A stretch of DNA of 64,000 nucleotides from an uncultured Acidobacteriota bacterium (lineage in GTDB: Bacteria > Actinomycetota > Acidimicrobiia > Spongiisociales > ZC4RG35). The stretch spans positions 11,160-75,159 of the forward strand of contig CAVRHE010000012.1 of NCBI GenBank assembly GCA_963720925.1, in the 5' to 3' direction. Below, in pieces: positions 1-9,899 of this stretch. Every line of letters starts with the position of its first letter. Position 1 is the first letter of the stretch. The translations under genes were made by a program, and so were the position numbers. The notes below the pieces were generated by a model. That model was given only the letters and a program-made list of their open reading frames with translations, searched no databases and was not told the origin of the DNA.

Positions 1-135
1 GTGATGCCCGGTGACAATACGGAGATGACGGTGGAGTTGATCGCTCCCATCGCCATGGACGAAGGTCTCCGCTTCGCCATCCGGGAAGGTGGCCGCACCG
101 TCGGCGCCGGCCGAGTCGTAAAGATCGTCAAGTAG
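1..135 (+). CDS. tuf: Elongation factor Tu, C-terminal fragment (5' part lies outside the window)
   Basis: Frame-1 translation [44 protein letters not shown] matches the conserved EF-Tu domain-3 C-terminus. Stop TAG at 133-135. Confidence 0.9.
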   Translation: MMPGDNTEMTVELIAPIAMDEGLRFAIREGGRTVGAGRVVKIVK

Positions 136-145
136 GACCCAGGCC

Positions 146-307
146 ATGCCAAGCGACAAGAGACCGCCGTTGACGCTCGCCTGCACCGAGTGCAAGCGTC
201 GCAACTACGTCACAACCAAGAACAAGACCAACACCCCCGACCGTCTCGAGATGAAGAAGTACTGCCGATGGTGTCGTCAGCACACCGTGCATCGCGAGAC
301 CCGCTAA
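146..307 (+). CDS. rpmG: 50S ribosomal protein L33
   Basis: Own translation (53 aa, below the ORF-track cutoff): [53 protein letters not shown]. It has CxxC...CxxC zinc-ribbon spacing and sits directly after tuf. Confidence 0.85.
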   Translation: MPSDKRPPLTLACTECKRRNYVTTKNKTNTPDRLEMKKYCRWCRQHTVHRETR

Positions 308-347
308 GGCACCGCGGGGAGCCCTGGATCGAACCGAATGGGAGCGG

Positions 348-1071
348 TTGTGGCAAGCCCATTGGGTCACCCCAGCGCTGGCCGACGCGGAACAAGAGTT
401 TCTCACCGAGAATCACTCTCCAGAGGCTGATAGGGAGCGTCTTGCCCGGATCGCAAGCGAGTTCGAGCGAGGCTTCGACCAGATGCATGATCTAGGACCT
501 GCTGTGACTGTCTTCGGATCTGCACGATTCGCAGAGACCACGTCTGAGTACAGACTGGGCGTCGAGCTGGGGCGAGAGCTCGCCGGGGCTGGGTTCACCG
601 TGATCACCGGAGGTGGGCCAGGTCTCATGGAAGCGGCCAACCGTGGCGCTTTCGAGGCCGGGGGGAGGTCGATCGGCTGCAACATCGTGTTGCCTCACGA
701 GCAATCGGCCAATCCATATCTCGAGCGCTTCATCGACTTCGATCATTTCTTTGTCCGGAAAGTCATGCTTGTCAAATACTCCAGCGCATTCGTCTCCCTC
801 CCCGGGGGATTCGGGACTCTCGACGAAATGTTCGAGGCGGCGACGCTGATCCAGTGCCGCAAGATCGGGCCATTTCCGTTGATCCTCCTCGGCGAGAGCT
901 ATTGGGATGGTCTACCGCGAGTTCATCTGGGACCTGCGTGACAGTGGGGCGATCTCACGTGAGGACACAGGGTTCGCCAGGCTGCTCGACTCTCCCCGGG
1001 AAGCCGTGGAGGTGATCCTCGATCGAATCCCGCCTGCGATTCGTGCCCAGCTCGTGGAACGCTCGGCATAG
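348..1071 (+). CDS. LOG family protein (TIGR00730-type nucleotide 5'-monophosphate nucleosidase), frame disrupted near 905
   Basis: Motifs VTVFGSAR, GGGPGLMEA and LPGGFGTLDEMFE. ORF 348-941 ends abnormally. The expected C-terminus (MVYREFIWDLRDSGAISREDTGFARLLDSPREAVEVIL) continues in another frame from 907 to the stop at 1069-1071. Confidence 0.75.
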
Positions 1072-1073
1072 GG

Positions 1074-2712
1074 ATGCCGCTGCGGTGGATCGAGGTCGAG
1101 AACTACCGCGCCATCGCCAGGGGCAGGGTCACTTTTGCCGATACCACGGTTCTCTTCGGCGAGAATGACTCGGGCCGCACCAGCATCATTGAAGCGCTGC
1201 TGCTGAGCTTGGGCGCACCCGGCACTAGGCAGGACGAGCTGACGCCGGTCCATTTCCATCACGGCGACGACGGTCGCCCCGGCCCTCTCCGCATACGCCT
1301 GGGGATCGAAGAGGGCGCTCCCGGCGAGTGGTCCCTGCCCGACCGTCTCGAGGACGCCTTTCCGTCGGACGGCACTCGGCAACTGATCTTCGACTTTCGC
1401 GCCGATCTGGACCACGAAGTTGGCACAGCCAGTCTTAGCCACACCATCCACGCACCCGTCTGCTCGAGCCAGATCGACGGCGGGCCCGATACCACGAACT
1501 GGCTACGGGGTCTCTTCCCAGTTCTATGGCTGGAGCCCGGATTGCTCACCGGGATCCCAGAGCCCGACGGTGAGGTCAGGCTCGGGGAGAGCGACCCCAT
1601 CGACGACCCGATGTTGAAAGCCCTGGCCCTCCATCACCGGAACATCCTGACCGGGAACACCCTCAGCATGGATGCCGAGCTCGAAGCGGCGGCTGACACA
1701 GCCCGTGTCCTTCTCAACAAGTACAGCAACGTCTTCGCCGGCAGCGGCCAGATGATGAGCGCGATGGTGTCTGAGATCCTGGGTCGCCGCCCGTCCTCCA
1801 CGACCCCACGAGCGGTCTCACGCTTCGACAGCGTCCCAGAAGATCGCTGTTCTGCTCGTTCTGGGGGCGTTGCTCCAACTGGTCCGGCAAGTGTTACGAG
1901 AGGGGCCGCTCCCCGATCACGCCACTCCGATTCTGGTCATCGAGAATCCTGAGGTGAATCTCCACCCGATCACACTCGCAACGGTGTGGCGGACGATCGA
2001 GGGGATCACGTGGCAAAAGATCGTGGCCACTCACTCGGACGTGGTCCTCGCCGACGCGCCCCTCACGTCACTCCGACGCCTGACCCGCCGCGGCGGTGTC
2101 GTTGAAGAGTGGGCTGTTGCCGAGACGGCCCTCACTGGAGACGCTCTGAGGAAAGTGTCTTATCACCTCCGGTCACGCCGTGCGTCGGCGATGTTCGCCC
2201 GATGCTGGCTCCTCGTCGAAGGGGAGACCGAATACTGGGTGCTCCCCGATCTGGCCAGGATCTGCGGATACGACCTGGCGGAAGAAGGGGTGGCGTGCGT
2301 CGAGTTCGCCCAGTCCGGAGTCGCTCCGTTCGCGACGCTGGCGCATCACATGGGTATCGCCTGGCACGTGATGGTCGACGGGGACGAGGCCGGCCGGCAT
2401 TACGCCGAAACCGCGCAAGCCCTAGCGCTGGGCTCTGACGGAAGCGAACCCCCGCTGACCGTCCTTCGTGAAACCGACATCGAGCACTGTTTCTGGAGGT
2501 ATGGCTTTGCCGATGTCATCGCCGAGGTGGCAAATGTCTCCGACCCGTCGAGGACCACTCCGACCAGGGTGATTCGAAAGGCAATCGAACGCACCTCCAA
2601 GCCCTTCCTGGCGTTGACGCTGATCGATGCAGCCGCCCGGCGTGGTCCGGAGTCCGTCCCGCCGATCCTCCGTCACGTGATCGAGGCAACCGTCGCACAG
2701 GCGCGGGCGTGA
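1074..2712 (+). CDS. YbjD-like OLD-family ATP-dependent endonuclease (DUF2813; N-terminal ABC-type ATPase plus C-terminal Toprim), frame disrupted near 1800-1835
   Basis: N-terminus IEVENYRAI...VLFGENDSGRTSIIEAL. C-terminal block FARCWLLVEGETEYWVLPDLA...EFAQSG...WHVMVDGDEAG is near-colinear with E. coli YbjD as I recall it. The gene is split between ORFs 1074-1952 and 1870-2712. Confidence 0.8.
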
Positions 2713-2782
2713 GCGACGTCGATCTCAAATGCAGGGCGCCACGAGGTCCGCGACGCCCTGCATGGATGTCCAGTTCGACCCC

Positions 2783-4268
2783 TTAGGCCGCCGGCTCGAA
2801 GGCTGGGAAGTTGCCCTTGCCCTTGGTGCCGTTGATCTCTTCGGTGCTCATCGCATAACTCAGCGTGACGTAGGCGATGGCATCCGAGTTGGTACGCAAC
2901 GCCACGTCGCTGTTGTTGGCGAAGGTGTCACAGGCCTGGTGGTAGCAGGGGTCGTACTGCTGGCCGGCTATGCCGCCCCAGAGAGCGACCTCCGCTGCTG
3001 TCTTGATGCCTTCTGCTCCGGTGAACAACCCGCCCGCCGGGATGCCGTTGAGGATGAAGGCTTGATAGTCGGACCGCCCGTCGAAGTCGGTCCCCTTGAA
3101 CGGGACACTCCTCGAGTTGTAGAAGTCCTCGAACTTCGTCTCGATCTGAGCCGACCCGGCCGGGCCCGGCCCGGCGCCGACTCCGTCCGAGTTGTCGCCG
3201 TCGTAGACGAAGAAGACGTGGTTGGGCGAGCCCACCATGTCGAAGTTCAGGTAGAGAGCGATCTTGGCGAACTCTTCGTCGCTGAGGGTGTTCACGTAAA
3301 GGGTGGATCCGACGAGACTCGCTTCCTCGGCTCCCCACCAAGCGAAGCGCAAGGTGTTTTGTGGATTGACCCTGGCCATCTGCTCCGCGACCTCGAGGAT
3401 CGCTGCCGACCCGGATCCGTTGTCGTTGATCCCGGGCCCCTCGGGGACCGAGTCGAGGTGCGCTCCGACCATGACCACGTTGTCCGCGTTCTTCCCGGCT
3501 TTCTCGGCGAGCACGTTCGACGTGGTGCCGGGCTCTCTCAACGTATCCGTCTTGAGCCTCAGCACCAGACCAGGGGTCGTGGCCAGTTGCTGGCCCAGCG
3601 CCTGGGTTATGCCGGTCACCCCGATGTCGAGAGCGAAGGCGCTGCCCAGGGTGCCGTTGAGGTCACCAGCGATGTTGTTGTAGATGACCACGCCGATCGG
3701 CTCCAGCGTTGGCTGCATTGGTCGCCTTGATGGCGAACGTGCATGCACCCCGGCTGATCAGCGCGATGTTGCCGGCAGGGAACCCGGCGAAGTCGCCAGC
3801 CTCACAACCAGGCGTGGCGTCGGCCGGTGGCGCCGGGAGCACCGTCACCGCGGCGGTGACATCGCCGCTTCCCGAATAGGTCATGGTGACGTTGGGTAGC
3901 GGACCGCCCGGAAGGGGCGCCGTCTGCTCCAGGATCGACGGGCTGAGTTCCGTGAACCTCACGAAATCGAAGGGCTGGATGGTCACGACATAACCCGCAG
4001 CCTCAATCCGTTCCGCCACGTACGCGGCTGATTCGTCATAGCCTTCCGTGCCCGATGCCCGGGTGCCGCCGTTGGCGTCGGCTATGGCCTGGAATGCCGC
4101 CTGGTGCTCCCGAACGCCTCCGAGATCGACACACTCGAGCAGCTTGGCGATTGTGTTGTTGCTCCTGTTCTCGCACGCTGCCGGCACGGCCGAGGCCACC
4201 GGCACAGTCGCTCCGAGCAGGGCGAAGATGCTTGCCAGCACGACAAGTCTTCTGAGAGAGCGTCTCAT
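2783..4268 (-). CDS. Secreted M28-family aminopeptidase with PA domain, frame disrupted at about 3698
   Basis: Signal peptide MRRSLRRLVVLASIFALLGATVPVASA, a PA-domain segment, then GAHLDSV..GINDNGSGSAAILE..AWWGAEE..NFDMVGSPN metal ligands. Removing one base at about 3698 joins ...NAANAGA to IGVVIYNNIAG. Confidence 0.8.
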
Positions 4269-4358
4269 GTACCTCCAGTCACGCGTTCCGAGCCCGTTCC
4301 CGGCCGGGACCATAACGAATCTGAGTGCCGCTGTGACGGGCGAAGTCTCGGCGTTACC

Positions 4359-5153
4359 GTGAAACACTTGAACCCGTCTGATCTCGTCGACCATTCCATC
4401 GGACCGCACTTGTTCCGGGTCTGCGTGGAGAACGTCAATGACTTCATCCAGATCACAGGTGACGACCGAGAACGGTGGGAAAATGCGGCGCCCCCGGGCT
4501 TCATGGCGGCTCTGCTGTTCGTCGTCGCTTCCGACTTGCTCAGCCAGCTGGCCGATCGATCGGTGATCCACGGCGAGCAGACTTTCACCTGGCATCGGCG
4601 GATCGGCATCGAGTCCGAGATGGATGTGACCGGCAAGGTGAGCCGGGTTCGGGAGAGGGGCGGGGTCGATTTCGTGAACTTCGACGTCGAGGTGGCGGAC
4701 GACCTCGGCCCGGTGGCGGACGCAACCTCGCTTTTCCTGGTCTCCGCCATCGAACCCGGAGAGGTCACCGAGAGAACCGAACCTGCCCCACACGAAGACG
4801 GAGGCCCGGGTGACGGTCAGATCAGCGCATCCCGGGCCGATCTGGTCCGCTATGCGGCCGCGACGAGGGACTGGAACCCCATCCACTGGGATCACGATGC
4901 GGCAGTTTCCGCCGGGCTGCCCGGTGTGGTGGCCCATGGCCTTCTCCAGGCGGCATGGGCCATCGCGGCCGCTTCCCGGCTCAGCCCTGGTGATGCGCCG
5001 CTTCGCTCTGCCCGGGTTCGGTTTCGCACCCCGCTGCCGCCGGCAACCCCGGTGTCGGTGAACATCGAGGAGAACGCCGACGGCGCGGTTGTTGCAGTCG
5101 TCGACGATGAAGTCGAGTATGTGAGCGCTCGAATCGAGCTGACGGAGCGGTAA
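4359..5153 (+). CDS. MaoC-like double hot-dog (R)-hydratase/dehydratase
   Basis: C-terminal half reads LVRYAAATRDWNPIHWDHDAAVSAGLPGVVAHGLL (MaoC dehydratase motif), and the N-terminal half is hot-dog-like. A GTG at 4359 is the first plausible start after the divergent aminopeptidase gene. Confidence 0.7.
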   Translation: MKHLNPSDLVDHSIGPHLFRVCVENVNDFIQITGDDRERWENAAPPGFMAALLFVVASDLLSQLADRSVIHGEQTFTWHRRIGIESEMDVTGKVSRVRERGGVDFVNFDVEVADDLGPVADATSLFLVSAIEPGEVTERTEPAPHEDGGPGDGQISASRADLVRYAAATRDWNPIHWDHDAAVSAGLPGVVAHGLLQAAWAIAAASRLSPGDAPLRSARVRFRTPLPPATPVSVNIEENADGAVVAVVDDEVEYVSARIELTER

Positions 5154-5157
5154 CCCC

Positions 5158-5725
5158 ATGGAATTGCCCAGGGTCGAACGAGACAAGGAAAAGGAGCTCA
5201 TTGCCCGGGCCCAAGCCGGCGACAGAGCCGCGTTCGGCGCCCTGGTTCGTGAGCATGGAGACGAGGTCTACACCTTGGCGCGAAGACTCGTTGGCGACCC
5301 GCACCTCGCGGCCGATATCGCCCAGGAAGCCCTGATCCGGGCTTGGAAGGCGCTGCCGAATTTCAGGGGTGATGCCGCACTGTCGACATGGCTGCACCGG
5401 ATCACCGTCAACACCGCCTGGACCCAGCGAAGACGGGCTCGCCGACACAGCGGGCTACCCCTCGACGACTTCGTTGAAGTTGCGGCCCCGCGCGGGCGCC
5501 GATCACCCGGAAGTGGCCGGTGAGGTGCTCGAGCTCCGCGGTCGTCTCCGTCGCGCCCTCGACTCGCTACCGGAGCCACAACGTCAGGTCGTCGTCCTCA
5601 AGGATGTCTACGACTGGTCTCATGCCGAGATCGCCGAGGCAATGGGGATCTCGGTGTCGGCGGCCAAAGTGCGTCTCCATCGGGCTCGGGCACGGCTTGC
5701 CCGTCAGTTGGAGGAGTCGGCATGA
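5158..5725 (+). CDS. ECF-type RNA polymerase sigma-70 family factor, frame disrupted near 5480
   Basis: Region 2 (FGALVREHGDEVYTLARRLVGDPHLAADIAQEALIRAW) lies in ORF 5158-5523. Region 4 (LPEPQRQVVVLKDVYDWSHAEIAEAMGISVSAAKVRLHRAR) lies in ORF 5369-5725. Confidence 0.8.
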
Positions 5726-6054
5726 ACGTCTTCTGCGAGGTTGCTGCGCCGTTCGTCGCCAACAGTGCCGTGGAAGGCTCCCCTGTGGCCCGGCCGTTCC
5801 GTGCCCACGCCGAAAAGTGTCTCAAGTGTCAGGCGCGCCATGCGGCCATGTCCCGCACCGCCCGGGAACTGGCTGCGATGTCGCAGGAGAAGTTCAATGC
5901 CCCACTCGACCTCGAGTGGCGGGTCATGTCGGCATTGGAGGGTGACCTGGCGGTGGCCCGCACCTGGCGTACGCCGGTGGCGGTGACGGCCGCGGTCCTG
6001 TCGATGGCTGCCGCAGTCCTCATCTGGCGGCTCCGCCCTCGCACCCAATCCTGA
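5722..6054 (+). CDS. Putative anti-sigma factor (zf-HC2 type, single C-terminal TM helix)
   Basis: ATGA start/stop overlap with the ECF sigma gene. It has the H-x3-C-x2-C motif (HAEKCLKCQARH) and the C-terminal hydrophobic helix VAVTAAVLSMAAAVLIW. Confidence 0.6.
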   Translation: MNVFCEVAAPFVANSAVEGSPVARPFRAHAEKCLKCQARHAAMSRTARELAAMSQEKFNAPLDLEWRVMSALEGDLAVARTWRTPVAVTAAVLSMAAAVLIWRLRPRTQS

Positions 6055-6133
6055 TCGAAAGGGCCTTTGTTCCCTGTTCGAATCGGGCGACGAGGGCGTA
6101 TTCCTGTATCAGGTCGAGAGAAAGGCAGACCTG

Positions 6134-6628
6134 ATGAAGGCCCTGATCACCACGGCCAGCAAACACGGTTCGACCGCCGAGATCGGTAGCGCCATCCGCG
6201 AGGTCCTCCTCGAGCACGGCATCGAGACCGACGCGCTCGATCCCGAGTCAGTGATCGCATTGCAGGCGTACGACGTGGCCATCCTCGGCAGCGCCGTGTA
6301 CGCCGGTCACTGGATGAAGTCGATGCGGGAGTTGGCGGAGAGGTTTGCCGGCGAGCTGGCGGCCCGCCCAGTGTGGCTGTTCTCGAGCGGCCCGATCGGC
6401 GACCCTCCGAAGCCGGATGAAGACCCCGTCGACGTTGCTGCTGTGATGGAGACGACCGGCGCCCGTGGTCATGCCGTGTTTTCAGGAAAGATCGACAGGT
6501 CCCGGCTCGGATTCGGCGAGCGGGCCATAGTCGGCGCGCTCAAAGTCCCCGAGGGCGATTTCCGGGATTGGGATGAGATCCGCAGGTGGGCGAACGGAAT
6601 CGTCGAGGAGTTGCAGGTGAAGGTGTGA
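6134..6628 (+). CDS. Flavodoxin-like domain protein
   Basis: MKALITTASKHGSTAEIGSAI...YDVAILGSAVYAGHW is a flavodoxin/HemG-like FMN-binding fold pattern. Confidence 0.65.
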   Translation: MKALITTASKHGSTAEIGSAIREVLLEHGIETDALDPESVIALQAYDVAILGSAVYAGHWMKSMRELAERFAGELAARPVWLFSSGPIGDPPKPDEDPVDVAAVMETTGARGHAVFSGKIDRSRLGFGERAIVGALKVPEGDFRDWDEIRRWANGIVEELQVKV

Positions 6629-6643
6629 CGATACGCTTGGCCG

Positions 6644-7294
6644 ATGTCGCGTCTCATTGATCTATCTCACACCATCGAAGCGGGGATGGTGACCTATCCC
6701 GGTCTTCCCGGGCCCGTCTTGTCGGACCATCTCTCCCGGGTCGACTCCAGAGCGAACTACGAGCCCGGGACCGAGTTCCTCATCGGGCGAATCGACATGG
6801 TGGGGAATACCAGCACATACCTCGATACGCCTTTCCATCGATTCGACGGTGGATCCGACCTGGCCGGGCTGGCCCTCGACGACGTGGCCGACCTACCCGG
6901 GCTCTGCATCGACGCACCCGGGCCCGAGATCGGCCCGGAGGCGGTGGATGGTCTGGACCTGACTGGCAGGGCGGTCCTGTTCGCTACCGGATGGGATCGC
7001 CATTGGGGCACCGACGCCTACGGCGACCCCAGCCATTCCTTCGTGTCCGCCAGCCTCGTCGAGGCACTCGTCGCCGGAGGCGCCGTCCTGGTCGGCATCG
7101 ATTCGGTGAACATCGACGACACCCGGGGCGGAGGGCGGCCGGCGCATACTGGCTTGCTCGCCGCAGGCATCCAGGTCGTCGAGCATTTGACCGGTCTGGG
7201 TCAACTGGTGGGCCGGGAATTCCGGTTCTACGCAGTGCCACCCAAGGTGAGTGGATTTGGGACCTTCCCGGTTCGGGCCTTTGCGATCACATGA
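6644..7294 (+). CDS. Cyclase family protein (kynurenine formamidase-like)
   Basis: LIDLSHTIEAGMVTYPG...TYLDTPFHRF...IGIDSVNIDD...HTGLLAAGIQVVEHL is the typical putative-cyclase (PF04199-like) pattern. Confidence 0.7.
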   Translation: MSRLIDLSHTIEAGMVTYPGLPGPVLSDHLSRVDSRANYEPGTEFLIGRIDMVGNTSTYLDTPFHRFDGGSDLAGLALDDVADLPGLCIDAPGPEIGPEAVDGLDLTGRAVLFATGWDRHWGTDAYGDPSHSFVSASLVEALVAGGAVLVGIDSVNIDDTRGGGRPAHTGLLAAGIQVVEHLTGLGQLVGREFRFYAVPPKVSGFGTFPVRAFAIT

Positions 7295-7299
7295 CGAAG

Positions 7300-7776
7300 C
7301 TATTGAGCGGCATCGTCCCAAGGTTCCAGGATGACGACCGCAGTCTCGCCGGTCCTGAGGGCGGCAAAGTCGTCCAATCTCGAATCGATCTGTAACCACC
7401 GATCCCACAAACGTGACCGCTCTTCCCCTTCTGCCGCCCTCCCTCTCACCATGCGCTGGCCATCCACGAGGTCGACGCTCGCGACAGGGTGAGCTTGGAG
7501 GTTGAGCCACCATGCCGGCTCGTCGTCGGCCCAGCCGTTCATCGCCATGGTGACGACATTGGGACCATCGTCGTAGTAGCCGAGGATCACGGTCCGCGGT
7601 TGGCCGGTTCGACGCCCGGTGGTCGTGAGGCGCATGGTGCCCCATTTGTCGGGCTTCGGTGGCCAGAGACCGAAGCGGCCTCCAGTGACCCGGTACAGGC
7701 CACGATGCACCACCCATGCCGTGCGTACGAACCAGCGGGGGGGAATCCTGACGGGCTGATTGGTTTCATCCGGCAT
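7300..7776 (-). CDS. Deazaflavin (F420)-dependent nitroreductase family protein (DDN/PF04075-like)
   Basis: LYRVTGGRFG...LTTTGRRTGQPRTVILGYYDDGPNVVTMAMNGWADDEPAWWLNLQAHP...ERSRLWDRW. Confidence 0.7.
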   Translation of the reverse strand: MPDETNQPVRIPPRWFVRTAWVVHRGLYRVTGGRFGLWPPKPDKWGTMRLTTTGRRTGQPRTVILGYYDDGPNVVTMAMNGWADDEPAWWLNLQAHPVASVDLVDGQRMVRGRAAEGEERSRLWDRWLQIDSRLDDFAALRTGETAVVILEPWDDAAQ

Positions 7777-7797
7777 GAGGTCGTGCTCTCATGTATA

Positions 7798-8021
7798 TCA
7801 AATGGGACCGAGCTGGTCCCAGCGGTGGTCGCCGTCGGCACGGGCAAGAAGGATGCCCGTCTCTGCTCCAGGAGGTCGAACGACTACCCATCGCTTCGGA
7901 CGACCATCGTTGGTGAGCGACGGCGAGTCCTCCACGAGCTCGAACTCAGGACACCCACAAAGAACTCGATGGCCGGGTCGTATTCGTCGACGACAATGGT
8001 GAACAATTCCAGAACCGGCAT
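7798..8021 (-). pseudogene. VOC/glyoxalase-family remnant (frame shift plus apparent internal deletion)
   Basis: MPVLELFTIVVDEYDPAIEFFVGVL (frame of ORF 7884-8084) continues in a second frame as FELVEDSPSLTNDGRPKRWVVVRPPGAETGILLARADGDHRWDQLGPI*. The total is about 73 aa, against about 120-130 aa expected for this family. Confidence 0.45.
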
Positions 8022-8098
8022 CGAAAGAGTGTGGCATGAGACCCGGAGTTTCCACACCACCCGCCTTCCCTTATACTTTGTCATCCCGCGAACCCCCT

Positions 8099-8175
8099 AG
8101 GGGTGTAGCTCGAATTGGTAGAGCGCCGGTCTCCAAAACCGGAGGTTGGGGGTTCGAGTCCCTCCGCCCCTGCCA
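8099..8175 (+). tRNA. trpT: tRNA-Trp (anticodon CCA), CCA end encoded
   Basis: Cloverleaf read by eye: acceptor AGGGGTG/CGCCCCT, anticodon stem CCGGT/ACCGG with loop CTCCAAA, T-arm GGGGG-TTCGAGT-CCCTC. It occupies the classical position upstream of secE-nusG. Confidence 0.9.
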
Positions 8176-8208
8176 GCCTTTGTCCGTGGATACGATCTGG
8201 AAGAACTG

Positions 8209-8532
8209 ATGAACCGAGAAATGCGCCGGATGCAGGAACGCGAAGAGCGTCTGCAGAAGAAGAACGAGTCAGGCCGTGACAAGGCCAGCCGTCGCGCCGC
8301 CGCCATTCAGGGCAAGCCTGGCGCCACCGAGCGCAAATCACTCTGGGCCCGGTTGCGTGAGTATCTGCACGAAGTCCGCCAAGAGCTTCGCAAGGTGACC
8401 TGGCCGACTCGCGAACAGATGGTCGCATTCACTGCCGTGACCCTCATCACATCGACCGTGCTGACCGGAGTGATCTTCGGGCTCGACATCGTCATGAAGG
8501 AATTCGTGTTCTGGCTGGTGGCGAGATCCTGA
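8209..8532 (+). CDS. secE: Preprotein translocase subunit SecE
   Basis: C-terminal LREYLHEVRQELRKVTWPTREQMVAFTAVTLITSTVLTGVIFGLD (SecE TM signature). Context is tRNA-Trp-secE-nusG. The ATG at 8209 is the first Met downstream of the tRNA. Confidence 0.8.
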   Translation: MNREMRRMQEREERLQKKNESGRDKASRRAAAIQGKPGATERKSLWARLREYLHEVRQELRKVTWPTREQMVAFTAVTLITSTVLTGVIFGLDIVMKEFVFWLVARS

Positions 8533-8649
8533 TGCCAGACCTGGAGACCGCCGAGATGGAGACCCCCGACGTCGACACCGAGCTCGAAGAAACGCCGGAG
8601 GCCGAAAGCCCTGAGGTGAGCGTACCCGAAGCCGAGCACGACACCGCCG

Positions 8650-9366
8650 ATGACAGAGGTACCTGAAGCCGAGGTCGATACGACCGAGGTGGATACCGTC
8701 GAGATCGAGCCCGTTGACGTCGAGGAGCCCATCGTCGAGGAGGGAGTCGCCGCAGACGAGCCCGAAGCGACCGATGCGAGCGACGCTGAGGCCGACGAGG
8801 TGCCGCCGGTATCGGCCAGCCCCTACGACATGCCCGGCGACTGGTATGTCATCCACTCCTACTCGGGATACGAGAACAAGGTCAAGGCAAACCTCGAGAC
8901 CCGCATCCAGTCGATGCACATGGAGGACCGGATCTTCGAGGTCCATATCCCGATGGAAGACATGGTCGAATTCAAGGGCGGGAAGAAGCAAACCGTTTCG
9001 AAGAAGGTCTTCCCCGGCTACATCCTCGTCCGGATGACCCTCGATGATGACTCCTGGTATGCAGTCCGCAACACCCCGGGTGTCACCGGGTTCGTCGCCG
9101 GCAACGCACAGAAGCCCACACCCCTCTCTCGGAGGGAGGTCGAGCGGTTCCTCGGCGTCCAGGAGGAGGAGGAAAAGGCAAAGCCACGCTTCAAGCCAGA
9201 GTGGGAGGTCGGAGAGCAGGTGCGGGTTGTCACCGGCCCGTTCGCCGACTTCAACGGCGTCATCGAGGACATGAACATCGACCAGCAGAAGATCGTGGTG
9301 CTCGTCAACATCTTCGGCCGGGACACACCGGTCGAGCTCGGTTTCGAGGACATTCAGAAGAGTTAG
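8650..9366 (+). CDS. nusG: Transcription termination/antitermination factor NusG (may start at 8532, see findings)
   Basis: NGN domain WYVIHSYSGYENKVKANLE and KOW domain GEQVRVVTGPFADFNGVIEDMN, preceded by an acidic N-terminal extension. Confidence 0.9.
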   Translation: MTEVPEAEVDTTEVDTVEIEPVDVEEPIVEEGVAADEPEATDASDAEADEVPPVSASPYDMPGDWYVIHSYSGYENKVKANLETRIQSMHMEDRIFEVHIPMEDMVEFKGGKKQTVSKKVFPGYILVRMTLDDDSWYAVRNTPGVTGFVAGNAQKPTPLSRREVERFLGVQEEEEKAKPRFKPEWEVGEQVRVVTGPFADFNGVIEDMNIDQQKIVVLVNIFGRDTPVELGFEDIQKS

Positions 9367-9390
9367 CGCCACATCGGCACGGAGAGAATC

Positions 9391-9819
9391 ATGGGACGAA
9401 GACGACTTGTAACCACGCTCAAATTGCAGCTGCCCGCCGGGCAGGCCACTCCTGCCCCCCCGGTCGGCACCGCATTGGGCCCGCACGGTGTCAACTTGAT
9501 GGACTTCGTGAAGGCCTATAACGACGCCACCGCCAACCAGCGGGGGCAGATCATCCCGGTCGAGATCTCGATCTACGAAGACCGGTCGTTCGACTTCGTG
9601 ATGAAGACACCTCCCGCCGCCGCCCTGCTTCGTCAGGCGGCGCGGGTGGACAAGGGCTCGGGTGAACCGAACAAGCAGAAGGTCGGGAAGGTGACCAGGG
9701 CTCAGGTCAAGGAGATCGCCGAGACCAAGATGCCCGATCTGAACGCCATCGACATCGAAGGCGCCATGAAAATCGTCGAGGGCACTGCCCGATCGATGGG
9801 TATAACGGTCGCCGACTGA
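9391..9819 (+). CDS. rplK: 50S ribosomal protein L11
   Basis: [33 protein letters not shown]...[16 protein letters not shown] is canonical L11. Confidence 0.95.
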   Translation: MGRRRLVTTLKLQLPAGQATPAPPVGTALGPHGVNLMDFVKAYNDATANQRGQIIPVEISIYEDRSFDFVMKTPPAAALLRQAARVDKGSGEPNKQKVGKVTRAQVKEIAETKMPDLNAIDIEGAMKIVEGTARSMGITVAD

Positions 9820-9899
9820 AGTCGGCGAGGTATTACGGCGCCGGCGATAGCTGGCACAAGTGGGAGGCCGCGAGGCCGCCTGGACCACAAGGAGAGACA

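Noticed and set aside
1074-2712. Gabija (GajA) or another OLD-based defence system
   Set aside because: The protein is colinear with the YbjD/DUF2813 subfamily rather than GajA. No GajB-like UvrD helicase or other partner lies adjacent, and the flanking genes are housekeeping.
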